A DNA stretch of 64,000 bases, taken from NCBI GenBank assembly GCA_965637545.1, contig OZ281500.1:6572001-6636000 (forward strand). Reading direction: 5' to 3'. Of the stretch, positions 13,401 through 26,900 are shown in pieces. A program made the translations under genes and the position numbers. The stretch is from Phallusia mammillata (lineage: Eukaryota). Below the pieces are notes generated by a model. It was not told where the DNA came from and ran no database searches. It saw nothing but the letters and a program-made list of their open reading frames with translations. Positions within the stretch are counted from its first letter, which is position 1. Each line of letters starts with the position of its first letter.

Positions 13401-16400
13401 GTTAAGACGTACGAAGGTAAGTAAACGTATATGTTTCGATGAAGAATATTTCCGTCCCAAAACAATCTTATAGATTGTTACTTAAGGACATTAGTGTGAA
13501 CCAAATTTTATAGAGGCAATATGCCATGGCTTTTAATTTTATGTCAAATATTTCAATGAATGACCCTACTTTTAAAAGAAACAGAATTTAAATACTCGTA
13601 CAAACAAGTGTGTTTCAAACATCAGCGCATATAGCAAAGTTCAGTCGCTGTCATTCACATACTGTAAAAAAATCCTAGATGTACAAGAAAAGAAGATACA
13701 GGCCAGTGTCTCGAAACAATAAACACTTTACGTTTCATCATCGAGTTCTCTTTGGGCTACATAGGTAGGCATAAAAGCAAGAACACTTATCCTACAAACG
13801 TGTGCAATTTTAAACCAACCGACAGCAAATTGTCAATGCCAAAGCACTTGAAATTGAAGGTAATCGTCGGTTGTAAGTCATTCGTGGCTTAAGATAAACC
13901 TTCAACCACCCAAGATGACAATTCGGAAAGTGGCGAAGCCCAAAACTGGCGTGTTACATTTCAACACCACACATTTCTTTTACAAAATACACATTATTTT
14001 CTTGCTTTAAAGGTGTCTATGACTTTCACTTCAGGTCTTTCCACTCTCGCAGGAAAACAATGTACGTTGGAGACTGGCTGCAAATGATTGTAAACTATAT
14101 GTTTGAACCTTTGTTAAAAGTCAACCAACTAATTTTAAGACATAGTTTGTCATCCCCAACCACAAAAATGTGTATCTCTATTGTATTCCATATTATCAAG
14201 CCACAAAATTTTAACACTGAACTTAACAAACCACCATCTCCAACAATCATCTGCATTTATGAACATTGAGACTATTCTCTTGGGAATTGCTGACCAATTG
14301 CTTTATCGCCGCTATTGATGAGTGGAAGATGCAGAAACTAACCACTTTATTATGGATCTGAAGCACGGTTTTACAATTTGTGCAATTTGACTTTTTAGGG
14401 AAAGGACATTTAAACCGACAAAATTGGACAGTTTCTTCTACGAAAAGAGTATGTGAAAATTGTAAACTAGAAAATATCCGGTACGGAACAAGTTTATGCT
14501 CTAATTCACGACTATGGCATTCTATATACGTTTGCTGGATACAATTGCTGATGTATTTTGGGCAGGAAGCCTTTAACTTGCAAAGGTATTCATTAGTTGC
14601 TCAGCAAAAAAATGCACAAACAGCAAATATTATCCAAAACTAAAGCATCCTGAGGTGAAAGGTTACGTGCCTACGTATCGCAACAGCACATCGGCGGAGT
14701 CATTACAAGGCCGGTAAAGTAGCCAACAACAAACAACGCTTGAAGATTTGCGCGGGGCTGCCTACAACAAACCGGTAAAGAAATAAAAACGGCATTAGTG
14801 CGGCGTCGATAATCATGCCTATCAACACTGCAAGATCGTGGTTTTGTGGTATTTCGTGACGATTAGTCAAGGTATTGCGATATCACTAAAACGCATTACT
14901 GTAGATTTATCAAAGTTCGGTACAGCAAGATATATAGTTTTTGGCATAGAATTAGATGTACGCGTTTGTACGTGAAAAAACATCAGTGCGAAATTGCAAA
15001 ACCCTATTATCTGCAAGCTAAGAAACCTATGTTTCGTAGTATTGCAAATATCAACCATCAAAAACTTATAAACGAAACTAATAAAACATACACCTTATAA
15101 TGAAAGTTGACCATATTGGACCTTTCTTAATACACACCATGCAAGGATATAACAAGTGTTATACATTCACTGTTAAGCAGCAGTGACTTGAATCAACAAG
15201 GTCGTGGTGTTTCTATGATTCACAATCAACACCGGAAACTAGAGTCATGAGCAAATGTTCAAGTGTCCCCCTTAACGCAACTATGACCACTTTGGTAAGT
15301 TTACTTTGTATCGACCATCAAAACTGAAAGTCGGAAAAACGAATGTAACAGGTCTACGATGTGTCTCCTTTGTTTGGTCAAATATTTCATGTGTGCTGCT
15401 TGTTTTGCTTCGGATATTAGCCGAAAATTAATGTAAATTTATAACCATTAGATAAAAGGGATTAGGGCAGTTTTTCTGAGTTTAGGTCGCAACAGAAGAT
15501 CTGGTTCAAAAAACGCAAAGAATTAATAAATAACACAAAGTTATGTAAAGGAAATGTCTGCCGTGAAATTTTGCCCCCAAAAACAAAAACATCACAACTT
15601 ACACACATCACAATTTCCTTAGAAATGTTGCAGCATGTAGATTAACCGACCAAATGTTTCTATCAGGAACAAAACTGGTTTACATCAAATCACTGCGCCG
15701 TCAGCACAAATCACGCCCAAAGCTTAAAAGGCTAAACGAAAGACGGAGATCGATCAGCCAATCAGATATCCCAGGCACTTAACGTAGGTTTGAGTACACA
15801 GGCACAAGATAAGAATGGTTTATTGCTGCCAGAGTGGACTGTGCAAAGTGAAGATTCGTGCCATTAGTATACGAAACACTGAACGTGCTAATCTGCGAAG
15901 GTCAATTCCGGATTGATTTGGATACACATACCTCAAAACGTGCAAAGTGCATGGAATTTCTTGTTTTCCACACTTTATTCGCGTTTTTGCGACCTTTGTG
16001 CGACTGAGAATGCGTAAACAGGTCTGCAGGGGACAGCTGGTTGAAAATCAAAATGCAGCAAACAAGTGCATGTTACATTTGGACAAAACAAGTGCATATA
16101 AAATCTGTTTGATTGGTGTTTGTTCCCCCAAAGCTCCAAATGAAAAACATTTCATCTAGCTATAAATGTATTTTCCATTTTCTACGCTACCCGGCAAATT
16201 AAAACAATACTGAAAAAGGGGGTACAAAAGCAGCATATCCACAAAAGCTCAACCATTGTACTGCCAAGGACAAAGAAACCGGTTCCTTTTATATATTCTA
16301 TCAAACACTTGCGGACTTTGGGCTGACACAACTGAAAGAAAAGTCACTGTATCGTAGTTAACAAACAGGTAAACAGATTCGCATGTCTCTGGGCGACAAA

Positions 16401-17650
16401 TACAGCGGGGTCCAGCGCAATTGCTTTTAGATAGGCGCGAGCAAACAGTCTTCAACTTTGTCATGAGCAAACACCGGAGCGAATCAATCACTGTGGACTA
16501 ATCCCCATGAAGATTCTGAATCATTTCAACGCCTCAGTTTTCAAGGCGTGCAAACAAAAATCGACAGCCCCGAAATGTTTTATTAACTGCGTCATTGTTT
16601 TAGTATACACAGAAGAAGTTTTGTGGCTTTTAAAATACCATTAACGTGACAACTCTCAATTTATTGCCCTTGATCCCCGGGTTAGAAATTTGTTCTCAGC
16701 ATTGGACGCTTACTTCATTGTTGCTCCTAATGATCATCTTATCAAAAGTTCCCAATGCTTTGAGTTCCTAACAGTTTACTAGTGATCAAATGAAAACAAT
16801 TTTGTGTACTAGTTTTTAAATTGCATTGAGTGCATAAAAAATTATTTCATTTCTTTGGATCCCACTACGGCACTTGAAATTTAGTCAGATAACGATTAGC
16901 TGCCAGACGAATCACGCGCTCAATTAGCTCGCTTTCTTGCTGGAATAAACAAGGTTTGGCAAAGTCTCTGCGGAATTCGGAATATCGGGCGTTCTCGAAA
17001 TACCCAAGGCGCCAAACTGTGATCTTCTACTCTTTTTAATTATTTCTGTAAGCGGCCAATTTCGTTGTACATCAAATAGCCTTTGTTTGCCCCCATCGAG
17101 ACAGGATAGTTTGTTCACTTATTAAAAGCTCCACCAAGAGAATAAGTTCAACATTTGGCTGACTGGAGTCGAGTACAGCTTCAATGGTTGCAGTGTTGAC
17201 ACAAAAGTGAAGTAAAATAGAACTCACAAGCCTTATCTGACTTTGACGCCTAAAGCCCGTTTAATGGACGAAATTTGCAAAACAAACAAGTTCCTTATAC
17301 GGGTGTCTTTGAACATGGTTGCACATAAACCTGCGCGTCTGTAGAGTAACTCTAGCCTGGTAGGTGCGCAGGCCATGCAGCAACCCGACTCTGTGGCTTT
17401 CACCGCTTGTATATTGACAAGCACCTGAGGTTGTAGTCATTTTACCTTCGTAAACAAGCAAAACTTAACCTTCTCTGTCCTGCCGTTGCTGCATAAACAA
17501 ATAGGCAATTACTGAAAATGCTATTTTTCTGACAGTGAAGTATCGGGCTGAGCTACAATAAACGTTTTTAAACCCGTGTAGACCTCATACAAAAACATGT
17601 TGAGGCAAATACAATTTTTAAACAGACCTTCACAAGGCATCACTAGGAAA

Positions 17651-17932
17651 CTATGGCACGCGTGCTTCTAATAACATTACAAGCCTTGCTGAAAATCCGC
17701 GACAGCATCTCCTGTGCACACGCGCTACAAATACGAGGTCACAAGCCAAGCGAGACAGCACAGCGCCGGTGTTCGCCCTCCGCAAGCGTTTCTTCGGCGG
17801 GCAGAAGCTATCAACGAACGCGCCAACGACTTTACGCTGTTGATTTTGGAGTTGAGGCGAACCGGCCGCACCGAAATCATATTTTTCTTCGTTACTGTGG
17901 TGCTCTGTGTTCATGGCGCGTTTGATGTCCAT
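17651..17932 (-). CDS. Candidate orphan coding exon or small ORF (93 aa) with a basic NLS-like motif
   Basis: ATG in a good Kozak context (aacATGg), GC-rich, contains PPKKRLRR, and has several possible donors (CTC|gtattt, CTT|gtaatg). No family recognised; overlapping ORFs exist on the other strand. Confidence 0.3.
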   Translation of the reverse strand: MDIKRAMNTEHHSNEEKYDFGAAGSPQLQNQQRKVVGAFVDSFCPPKKRLRRANTGAVLSRLACDLVFVARVHRRCCRGFSARLVMLLEARVP

Positions 17933-20900
17933 GTTATTGCTCCGCGCCTGGCATACCGTTTGAGATTATAACACGAGCCCAGGCGTTACTACATGAACAA
18001 CTTTCGGTGTCTGGCTGTCTGTTCCACCTCGTGTTATCACAATTCCTGAGACGGGGAACAAATGATAACGTCTCCATTTGTTGCAACTTGTAGTGTGGCA
18101 AGCGTTGCAATCTTCGTGGGGGGCTGGCGTTAAAATCTAATGATAAACTCAACAAGTTTTGTACACAGTGATTTGCTAAGACTGCTACGTATTCCATCGA
18201 ACTGTTGGACACAGGCACCCATAATGCAAATATTTTGGACCCTAATTTTAATTTCAAAGTTTGTTTTTGTTAGCATATTTACTAGCATATTTGAAAATTT
18301 GGACACAAATATAGCACTTATAACACACTAGATCAAAGTATACGTATTGTGTCACATTTTTAGGCCACTTCGTTTGTTTGCCCTGTGTGTCTCCAATCCT
18401 TCAGATAATGTGAAAACAGTCTTTGTGAGGGGCCAGTCAGCAGGTCGGATACATATCAACAACTCTTTACAAGTAAAGTGTGTCGCTGCCGGGAGGAGAC
18501 GACCAAGCAGCGACTGTTGCACCTTGATCGATCGTAAATAGCCTCCACACTTCCGCGCTTGTCACAGTTTGCGATAAGGTTACCTTTGTTGTGTAAATGC
18601 TATGAAAGTCGACTCTTTGCCGAGTCAACACAACCCCGTTACATGAAAGCGCACCTTCGCCGAGGCGTATTAATATTTGAATGCCTCGCCAGGATCTAAT
18701 CGGATTAAGAGCACGGCAGACGGTAAATCATACGGAACAGAAGAGATGTGTGTTGTGTATGGGAGATATCGTTGATCTGCCGTCTGTAGCATGTTGTATG
18801 TAGTATACAATGGGCAAAGTTTTGCTTCATTCGGTTTGAATTAAACTAAAGTTTGATCTTGAAAGTTCAAGTGGCCTGCGGGTTCTCTCCTACGTTGACA
18901 ATAGAAAGCGATTTCAGAGTGAAAATTGTGCAATTCGCAACCAGTAATATCCGAAATTTTAATAATGTTGGCCTATGAAGCTTTTTATCCACACAGCTTA
19001 CTTTGAAACTGTTTTCTAAAATAAAACAAAAACGTCCACAAACGTACTCTGGTGTATTGAACACGATGTGTAGGCTATATACCGATCAAGGTATTTTTCC
19101 AAACGCTCAGAGGTAGGCGGTGCCGCCTAGGTCGATAATTCCTGATCCATAATAATGTACCATGATAAGGACCACCACATACACAACATACAAAACAAAT
19201 CTTTTTGGAAAACCCGAAGCCGAAGCAAACACCCTAAATAGCAAAAAGCCCCGATGTAGTTGAGAAGTAAACAAGTTTCTATTTATAGGATCTCACCCAG
19301 CGTCGATAGATCCAGCAATATTGGGTAACGTATTGATCTTAAAATTACTGGTGTGGCAGACACGTAGACGTGAAATGTCGATTATTGACACTTTCTACTT
19401 TAATTTGTGGCATATCCGGCGGGGAAAGTTGACGAAATTATAGCGCGATTCGTTACGTTATATTGTTTGCGAATTTCGATTATCTGCCTGAGAAGTTACG
19501 CAACGTGAAGCAGGATACGCAAATCGGGTGAATAATTCAAGAACACTTACGAGGGGTGGTAACTCCCAAACTCCATCATCATGTTGTGCAATGCACGCAC
19601 AAGGAACATGAATTAGCATTACTCTCACAATTCTGAAGCAAAAACATTAAACACAATCCTTTGCAATAACAGGAGTAACACAAATCCACCTTTTAAAACT
19701 TGTTGACCTTACCCCAATCCATGCAACCAATAAACACAATACCCACACAAAATATCACAGACTAACAGCCAATTCGGTATTCAAGCTCCTATAAAGCTAT
19801 GGAAAGATATGTCTTTTCATTAGGTTTTCCAGGAAAAAAACGCATAACAAAGTTCAAACGCTGAAGAATGAATTGTGGTAGCGAACATCAACAACCACCT
19901 TGTAAGGAGTTTTTATCCAAGCAATAACCTTTACTGCTCGCTTTACCCAACGCCAATCAAAGTTCGGGCTTTATATAAACTCCTTGGAGAGTAAGCATAC
20001 CTTTTTACCCCCTAATACTTCTGTTATAACCAGCCTGAAAGGTCTTAAAACGCATGTTATCGAAAAGAGAGCTTAACGTATGGTAGTCACTAAGCTATAC
20101 TTTCTGCAAGTTAAAAATTGGTTATTGCATATTCAAACTGTTGTGTGATCCTTGCCTAACAAAGCATTTTTACGCTAAACAGGTTTCTTAAACCAAGGCG
20201 ATCTGTTAAGCTTTGAGCTTGAGAGTCGTTAAAAACAACCATCTTCATCCTTGAGTAACCACACTACACATCTAGATCATAGAGCTTTTGCAAAATCGAC
20301 CTTATGATGCGAAACAGGTAAGGCCTGACAAGGCGACCACCCGCACCGACTGAAAGTTTTTTGCGCGTATCTCATCTCATTCATGACAACAACAACAAAT
20401 CACCGTTTTGCCGCAATTTCACTTTAAACACAGATTTTTAAAGTTCAATTAACTTACGTTGTTTTGAATTTCTCTCAACTCAGCCGCGAAGTAGAGATCA
20501 GCGAATAAATTCATCAATTCCGTTATCCTTAATTCTGTACACTAATTACCAAGTTCTAAACAGGTTATATATTAATTAATAACTACGAAATAAAACCAAA
20601 ATGAGCTCTGTACATCCAGTACGGTATTATTTTGTTTGCTTACAACCTCACTGTCGTCCCATTTGCAACTATTTAAGTTGCTGATGATACTATCATATAC
20701 CTGGTGTAACAATACTATTTTCAATATTACCCTGTACCGGATCTTATAGGTATCTGATGCGGTGGAAATTCTTTGACTGGCTGACTTTGCAATTCCAGTT
20801 TTAAGGAACATCTATACAGGAGACAATTGACAACTAACAACATAGTTCAATCGCTTTCAGGAACCGCGAGAGACCACAAAAAGCAAAATGCACCGGTTTC

Positions 20901-23900
20901 GCATCGTCGAACTTTGCCGCATCCGAACAATTATCTTGCACCGCAAACATTTCTATAAACTGCATAACTGTTTGACTGTAAGACCAAGCAAACATAGGCT
21001 GCAAAGGTTGTAATTGACTTAAAGTGTATATATTGATGGGAACATAGAAGGCAAGTGATAAACCAGCGACATCGCGTTTGGATCTTCCGAATTGTTGGAT
21101 CAAGACGTGATGAAGATAGGCAAGCGTTACATCGTGTATTCGTTCCGTACGTCATACTGGTCCAATGAACTAAGCGTGACGTTAGGTTTTTCATGCAGTC
21201 AAGTTCAGTTTGTGTGCTGTGTCGTGCATTTGAAAGATTTTTTTAAAGATAAACTAAGCATCAAGATTTTTTCGTTAAAAGTGTGAAGTTACATAAACTT
21301 GGTTGACGTGCAAGATAAGAAACGGGCTGGCACTACTCAAAATAAATCATAGTGCCTAATTGTGACGGACCGCAAAACGACACACTGTGTACTACATGTA
21401 ACTCACTAGAATCAGATAAACGTTGATATTCCAACGCCCTAACGGTTGGCCTGACACAGCAGCAACTTCGATACCATCTATAGAACCTAGCGCTCTACTA
21501 ATTTGGACCTTTCAATGTTGCACCATGGTATTTTTTCACAGTCAACATTTATAGCACACACAAAATTATAGAATTCCCAACCTAGGGTCGCGTTGTTCAC
21601 ACGTTTTTAGGGGCAACCGCAAAATGGGTGGGCCAATGGAGCGGAAACATAGCACCTGTGTTGATTCCACACAAACTCCGATAAGGGTGGGAAGAAAAAT
21701 GACGCTTAGACCAGAACGACAGCTGAACGTTTATAGCCAAAACCCGTTTCGCGCCATGTTAAAGCATGAACCAGCACCTCAAAGCACCCAAGAGTATTTA
21801 ATTGCCCCGGTGCTTGGAAGTAAAGGTCTAACCCCACCAGCAATTATCGAGCTCCGATCGGCTCCGTTAATTTATCACCTCGCTAGGGTTAGGTAACGTC
21901 GCGCCGCTATGCTTTGCTCGGATTAGTTCTGGAAATAACGAAATTCTCACCGTTAACTTGAGGTATGGAGGGTATGAGGGCAAGTGATCGTGTTCAATGG
22001 CTGTAGTGTTCCACTAATTACCTTTGGCAAGAAATTCACAAAATTCAACACCGATTATTGACAAAACATGTAAAAAGGGTTTACCTTTACATTTTTACCG
22101 GCATGCAGGAGCTTTACTTTAACTAACAGAAATAATTATTTAAATGGAGGATATTATAAGATAAGCATGCCTATAGGCATCAGTTGACTTAATATCACAC
22201 CACATGGTAGTTTGCGGGCTGTCAAAAAGGTATAGATTATTTTTAAATTACACGACCCAAATTAATCAAATTATCAACATGTAAAGGCCGTAATTTAGAT
22301 ATTCATAGCTGTTTTGCTATATTATCGGATCCAACAGGCAGAAAAGACCAGGTGTATTAACAAATTTTGTACTTTTTATCGTTTTGACACTGGTATTAAG
22401 AAGTAAACCACTATGGCATGGGACTAGACTGTTATTGACAAGGTATAATTGGCTTAACAGAAGGTTTGCGGAACCCCTACGACGCGAAATAGGATCCTTG
22501 TTATCAGATTTAGCGTGAAATGCGATATAAGAATGAGAAAGGGTTGGGCGAAGTGTTTTCAGATGGTGGCATTTGTACAACCAAACATATATACATATTT
22601 TATAGCAAACGGACTCATAACAGTAACTACTTACTATGTAAAGATGAAAAGTGCTATAACATAAGTCGTGTACGTTCTACTAATGTTAAGTGAAAAACGT
22701 TTAATGCTAATATGGAGCTTGTGTGGCTTATATGTTTGATGACTTACACCAAAAGCCTTTTGAAAGTTTTAGTGAGAAAAGGTATATCGATTTCTGTTAA
22801 ACCGCCTTGGAGCGGGATCAACAACAAAACATTTTATCTCGATAAACAACACGCAGATGTGCGAAAAGACACATAGCAGACAAGTGACCCCTAAACGGAC
22901 TGACGTTAAGTAAAAGCTTCTTCCACCTAAGATTTGCTCTTATCAGCCAAAATGACGCTTTTACATTGTTCAGAACGTACTTCCATCGTGGCAGAAACAT
23001 ATTGTCCATGTTTGGACCTAAGATAGTGATACAATAAGCTTTTTTTCATGTAAATTACCAGCTTGAAATGTCGCGAATGTCGACCTTTGGTTTCGCAACC
23101 TATAGATAGATGACATAATAGGAAAATTCTGAATGACATTTACAAACTCGCAAAACAGTTTTAAAGCGAGAAAAAAACAAAGCTAATCTTGCAAGTTGCA
23201 ACGCAAACTGTATGCCAGCGGGAGCTTCAAATAAAGGACGACAATATAAGATAAAAGTTCGCAATTTTTTGTGGCTTTATTGCGTTTATCGTTTAAAGGC
23301 GTTATGTTCTTTCTTAAAGCAAACAAGCATTGCATAAATATTCATAAAATCCAGTCCATACCGTTCACAGCCTGTTATTGGCATATTTTCGAGGACAGCC
23401 TTGCGTCTCGCCTTCATTAATATTTCACAGTCGCGCGAAAGCAATAAATCAATTCCATGACGTTGTCCTCACGCCTGGCCAAAATCTAACTCGGCGCCGT
23501 AAATACGCGACCGCAACATTGGCCGGTAATCGTTTAATCGTTTCAATATGTTTATTATATAGTTGATTAGGCGGTCGACGGCCGAAAAACAACTACACAC
23601 TAATGCGAATTCTGAGATCCACAACACGACCAAGCCTTTGCTGTGTGATCATTGCCGACGCGACAAGCGCACCAGCGGGTCTTAATCCTACACAACGTTG
23701 GAATAGGCGCGCGGCATTCATAATCCCACCAAATACAAGCAAACAGTAGATGGTCCGCAAATGTATAGCAACAGTTACGAAGTTCGAGGACAACGGAAAT
23801 CGACTATTTGGACAGCGCGCAATGATTTTAATGCGATTACTCCCGCTCTCGTAATTAAACTTTCCTGCGACGGCCCTGGAGGCCTTCCAGACCGCACAGG

Positions 23901-26900
23901 TGCATAGCGCCAAACACCGCAAGGATTTGTATGAATTTACTGCTAAGTGAAAGAAAATGCTAGCAAATAGTTCGATTACTGCCACCGTCGTAGCCAAGCT
24001 GTGACTTGTTTACCACCAGACTGGGATTAGACACGTGCACAAGTTTTGCCTTTTCGCCGAAATGTGACACCGGCGCTGTCACTACAGGTAAATTGTGGTC
24101 CTCTTCCTCTAACATTAAAGCACCCACTTCAAACGATTTTATCTCTATGTGTACAAATAATAAAACATTGTAAAATATACAACGGTGTTCATAAATGTGC
24201 CAAGCAAGGCTACAAAAATCTGTTAAACGACATGTTCATTAAGACCACAGTCTACGATTCTAACACATCCTGAAATACACAAGCAATCAATCTGCGCTAC
24301 TAAATCTGGTAGATACAACGACTTTATATTTAATTGAATAGTTTGAACAGACTGACAATAGCAAATCACTGAATCCACTTTGCATACAGTCACTTGCCTA
24401 AGGGTCTGAATAAGGTGAGATGATAATCGGGTAGACATAAATGGGTAGGACAAACTCATAAATAATGAACAGAAACGGATTAACGGACACAAGTCGGGAA
24501 CAATTTCCAGCTAATGCGTATGGAAGCAGAAACCGTCTTGGCATGGCAAATGATTTGTTGAAAGCTTAAAGATTAGATGGCACTAGTTTGTGATTTAATT
24601 TCGTTTGAGGGTTTATCAATCAACAAAAAAAAGCAAATTAAAAATTTAGCAGAAATGTAAACTTGTTAAATAGCTTGGTTGGTTATGCAATTGAATTGAG
24701 TGTGGATTGCGGAACGAAACAACAGGCGGACCTATTTTATAGCTGACGTCAAGCAACCAAATATTATAACATCACGATGTCTAACATTTTACATTAGATG
24801 ATTCGATATCAAAACATGACACCATAAACGGTAACGCAAACATAGTCGGAACAACTTGTTGGCCCCTTAGGACGAATTTAGCCAGGAAAGTCATCCGTAC
24901 AGGGGCTGAATACATACAAGTGTGTTTATTTTATGGCATCACCACCACTCAAGACAGGTCACGTCACCGAATGGACGTTGAGAGCCGCGCTAGGGATAAG
25001 GGAAGAAGCGCAATTACGCGGTGCTCGAAGGGAGATGAAACGTTAGCAGGGCAGACAACTTGCCACTCAAGTCGCGTTAAAGCTGTCCTTAAATTCTGTC
25101 TGCACCCTCGCAAATGAAATTCTGTGACGGCGACAGCAAATAGAGAGTATTTTTAATGTTATCTTTAAAGATGGTAAAATATATGGTTTTAACTTAAAAG
25201 CACAAGAAGATATAAAGTAATAAAACTTGTCGTGGTATATAACATGCCGTATACATATGACATTAAAAAAATTAACGTCGAATCGCATCAACTATCCCGC
25301 CCTATAGAGATAAAAAGTAAACAAACTTGACAGGGTTTATAGAACCATTCATATTACCCTGTTTTATAACTTGAACGAAGATTTCTATTTCTTTCTTCTA
25401 TCCCAGCATCCTTACAAGTGTTTTTTTTTTCGATCCAAACGCATGAGGAAGTTAGGGTATGGATCTGCGCCTTTAGCCATAACCCATAACATGTTTAGGC
25501 GCCGCGCACCCATGGGGACAAAAGAAAAGGGGATCAGAAAACATGCACGGGGCCCTGAACAAATATGAAGAAGTCGGAGGCTGCTATCCATGCTTCGGCA
25601 GACACATTCATCTTGCCAAGCGAAAACAATTATCGGGGCTTGGCAAACACGCTAACCGCCTGATTTACAAATCGTAAACAAGTTTAATGCGCAGTTTCAA
25701 CGCTCCATTGCGCTGACAAACCTTCGCTACAAGGCGAATGCTGGGCAAGTGAAAGTTGACACTGGCAGTAAATATTTAAAACTCTCCCGTGGCCAAGAAA
25801 ATCCGCCTTGGCCTTCAGAGAATGAATGTCCAAAAATCGATAAAAAAGATAAAAGAAACGACCAGGTTAAATCAAAACGGTTAACACCGGTAAAGAACTT
25901 ATTTTTCTGCCTGTCATAAACAATGCAATAGTGCAAAAACGTAGTTGCAAACACCAATAAAATGTTAATGCTTACCATTATCAGCGCTCGTTCACAGACT
26001 TCACAATAACACATTCATCGTTTGACCTTGTCTCGGAGTTTATACTCGTTTGTAGAAATCTCCTTGAATATCCCCTGCAGTAAACTGTTGTCAGTTATAT
26101 CCCAAGCAGTTACGCTAAATTGACGATTGGTTTTCGCGCTGTAACTCCATCTTTCGCCGTTACGCATGAACTTTGCGTGGAAGTGCACACCTAAGTCCGA
26201 AGATCCACTGCATGTCAATCAAACCATTCATACCGAGACCTTGAGCATGATAAAACCATATAATGGTGCCAAAACAGAGTCACCGGGTAGTGAAGTTTGA
26301 ATAACGGGTTTGATTCTACCCGACTGTACACTGGGTTTCATTTGTGTCGCAATATAGCTTTAGTAAACCTAACTTTCGGAACAATTGCGGAGCTATGACG
26401 CAGGATGTCCGAGTTTCAGTCGGGTTTCAGGCTTGTACTTTCAGGCTCGGCAAAGTGGACACCAATTTGAGTTATGTCTACAACTCTGTGACATACCAAC
26501 TTTGTATGACTATAAAAGGAACAGCGCTTTGTAGAATTATCATACTCATGCTGGGGTCTACAAACAAAACAAAAAGGTCTACAAAAAAGTCTAAAAGTTT
26601 TTTAAACATTGTGATAAGTCACAATTTTGTCTTGTTTGCTGCTTAACGCCACTTTGTGTACCCATATACGGCATAGTAAACCATAAACTGCACAGAAACT
26701 GTGGTTGAAGATCATGTGGCACGATAATACACCAGCGGCTTTGACCTTGCAAGGCACCTGCAAATCCCAAACAACCGGCAATAAGCCAGCAAATTTGATT
26801 CCATAATGAAATTACATGTAGTTACGGAAAGCCTCCTAAAGGCAACGAAAAGAAAATGCGCAGGTGAATGAAGGGTTAATATGGGTGTTTGCGTTGAAAG

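Noticed and set aside
19114-19129. GC hairpin TAGGCGG-TG-CCGCCTA as a Helitron 3' end or terminator
   Set aside because: No CTRR-T terminus at the expected distance and no U-tract; a eukaryotic context makes an intrinsic terminator irrelevant.
23593-23997. 134-aa minus-strand ORF
   Set aside because: TTG start, no family resemblance; explained by locally higher GC in a regulatory-looking patch.
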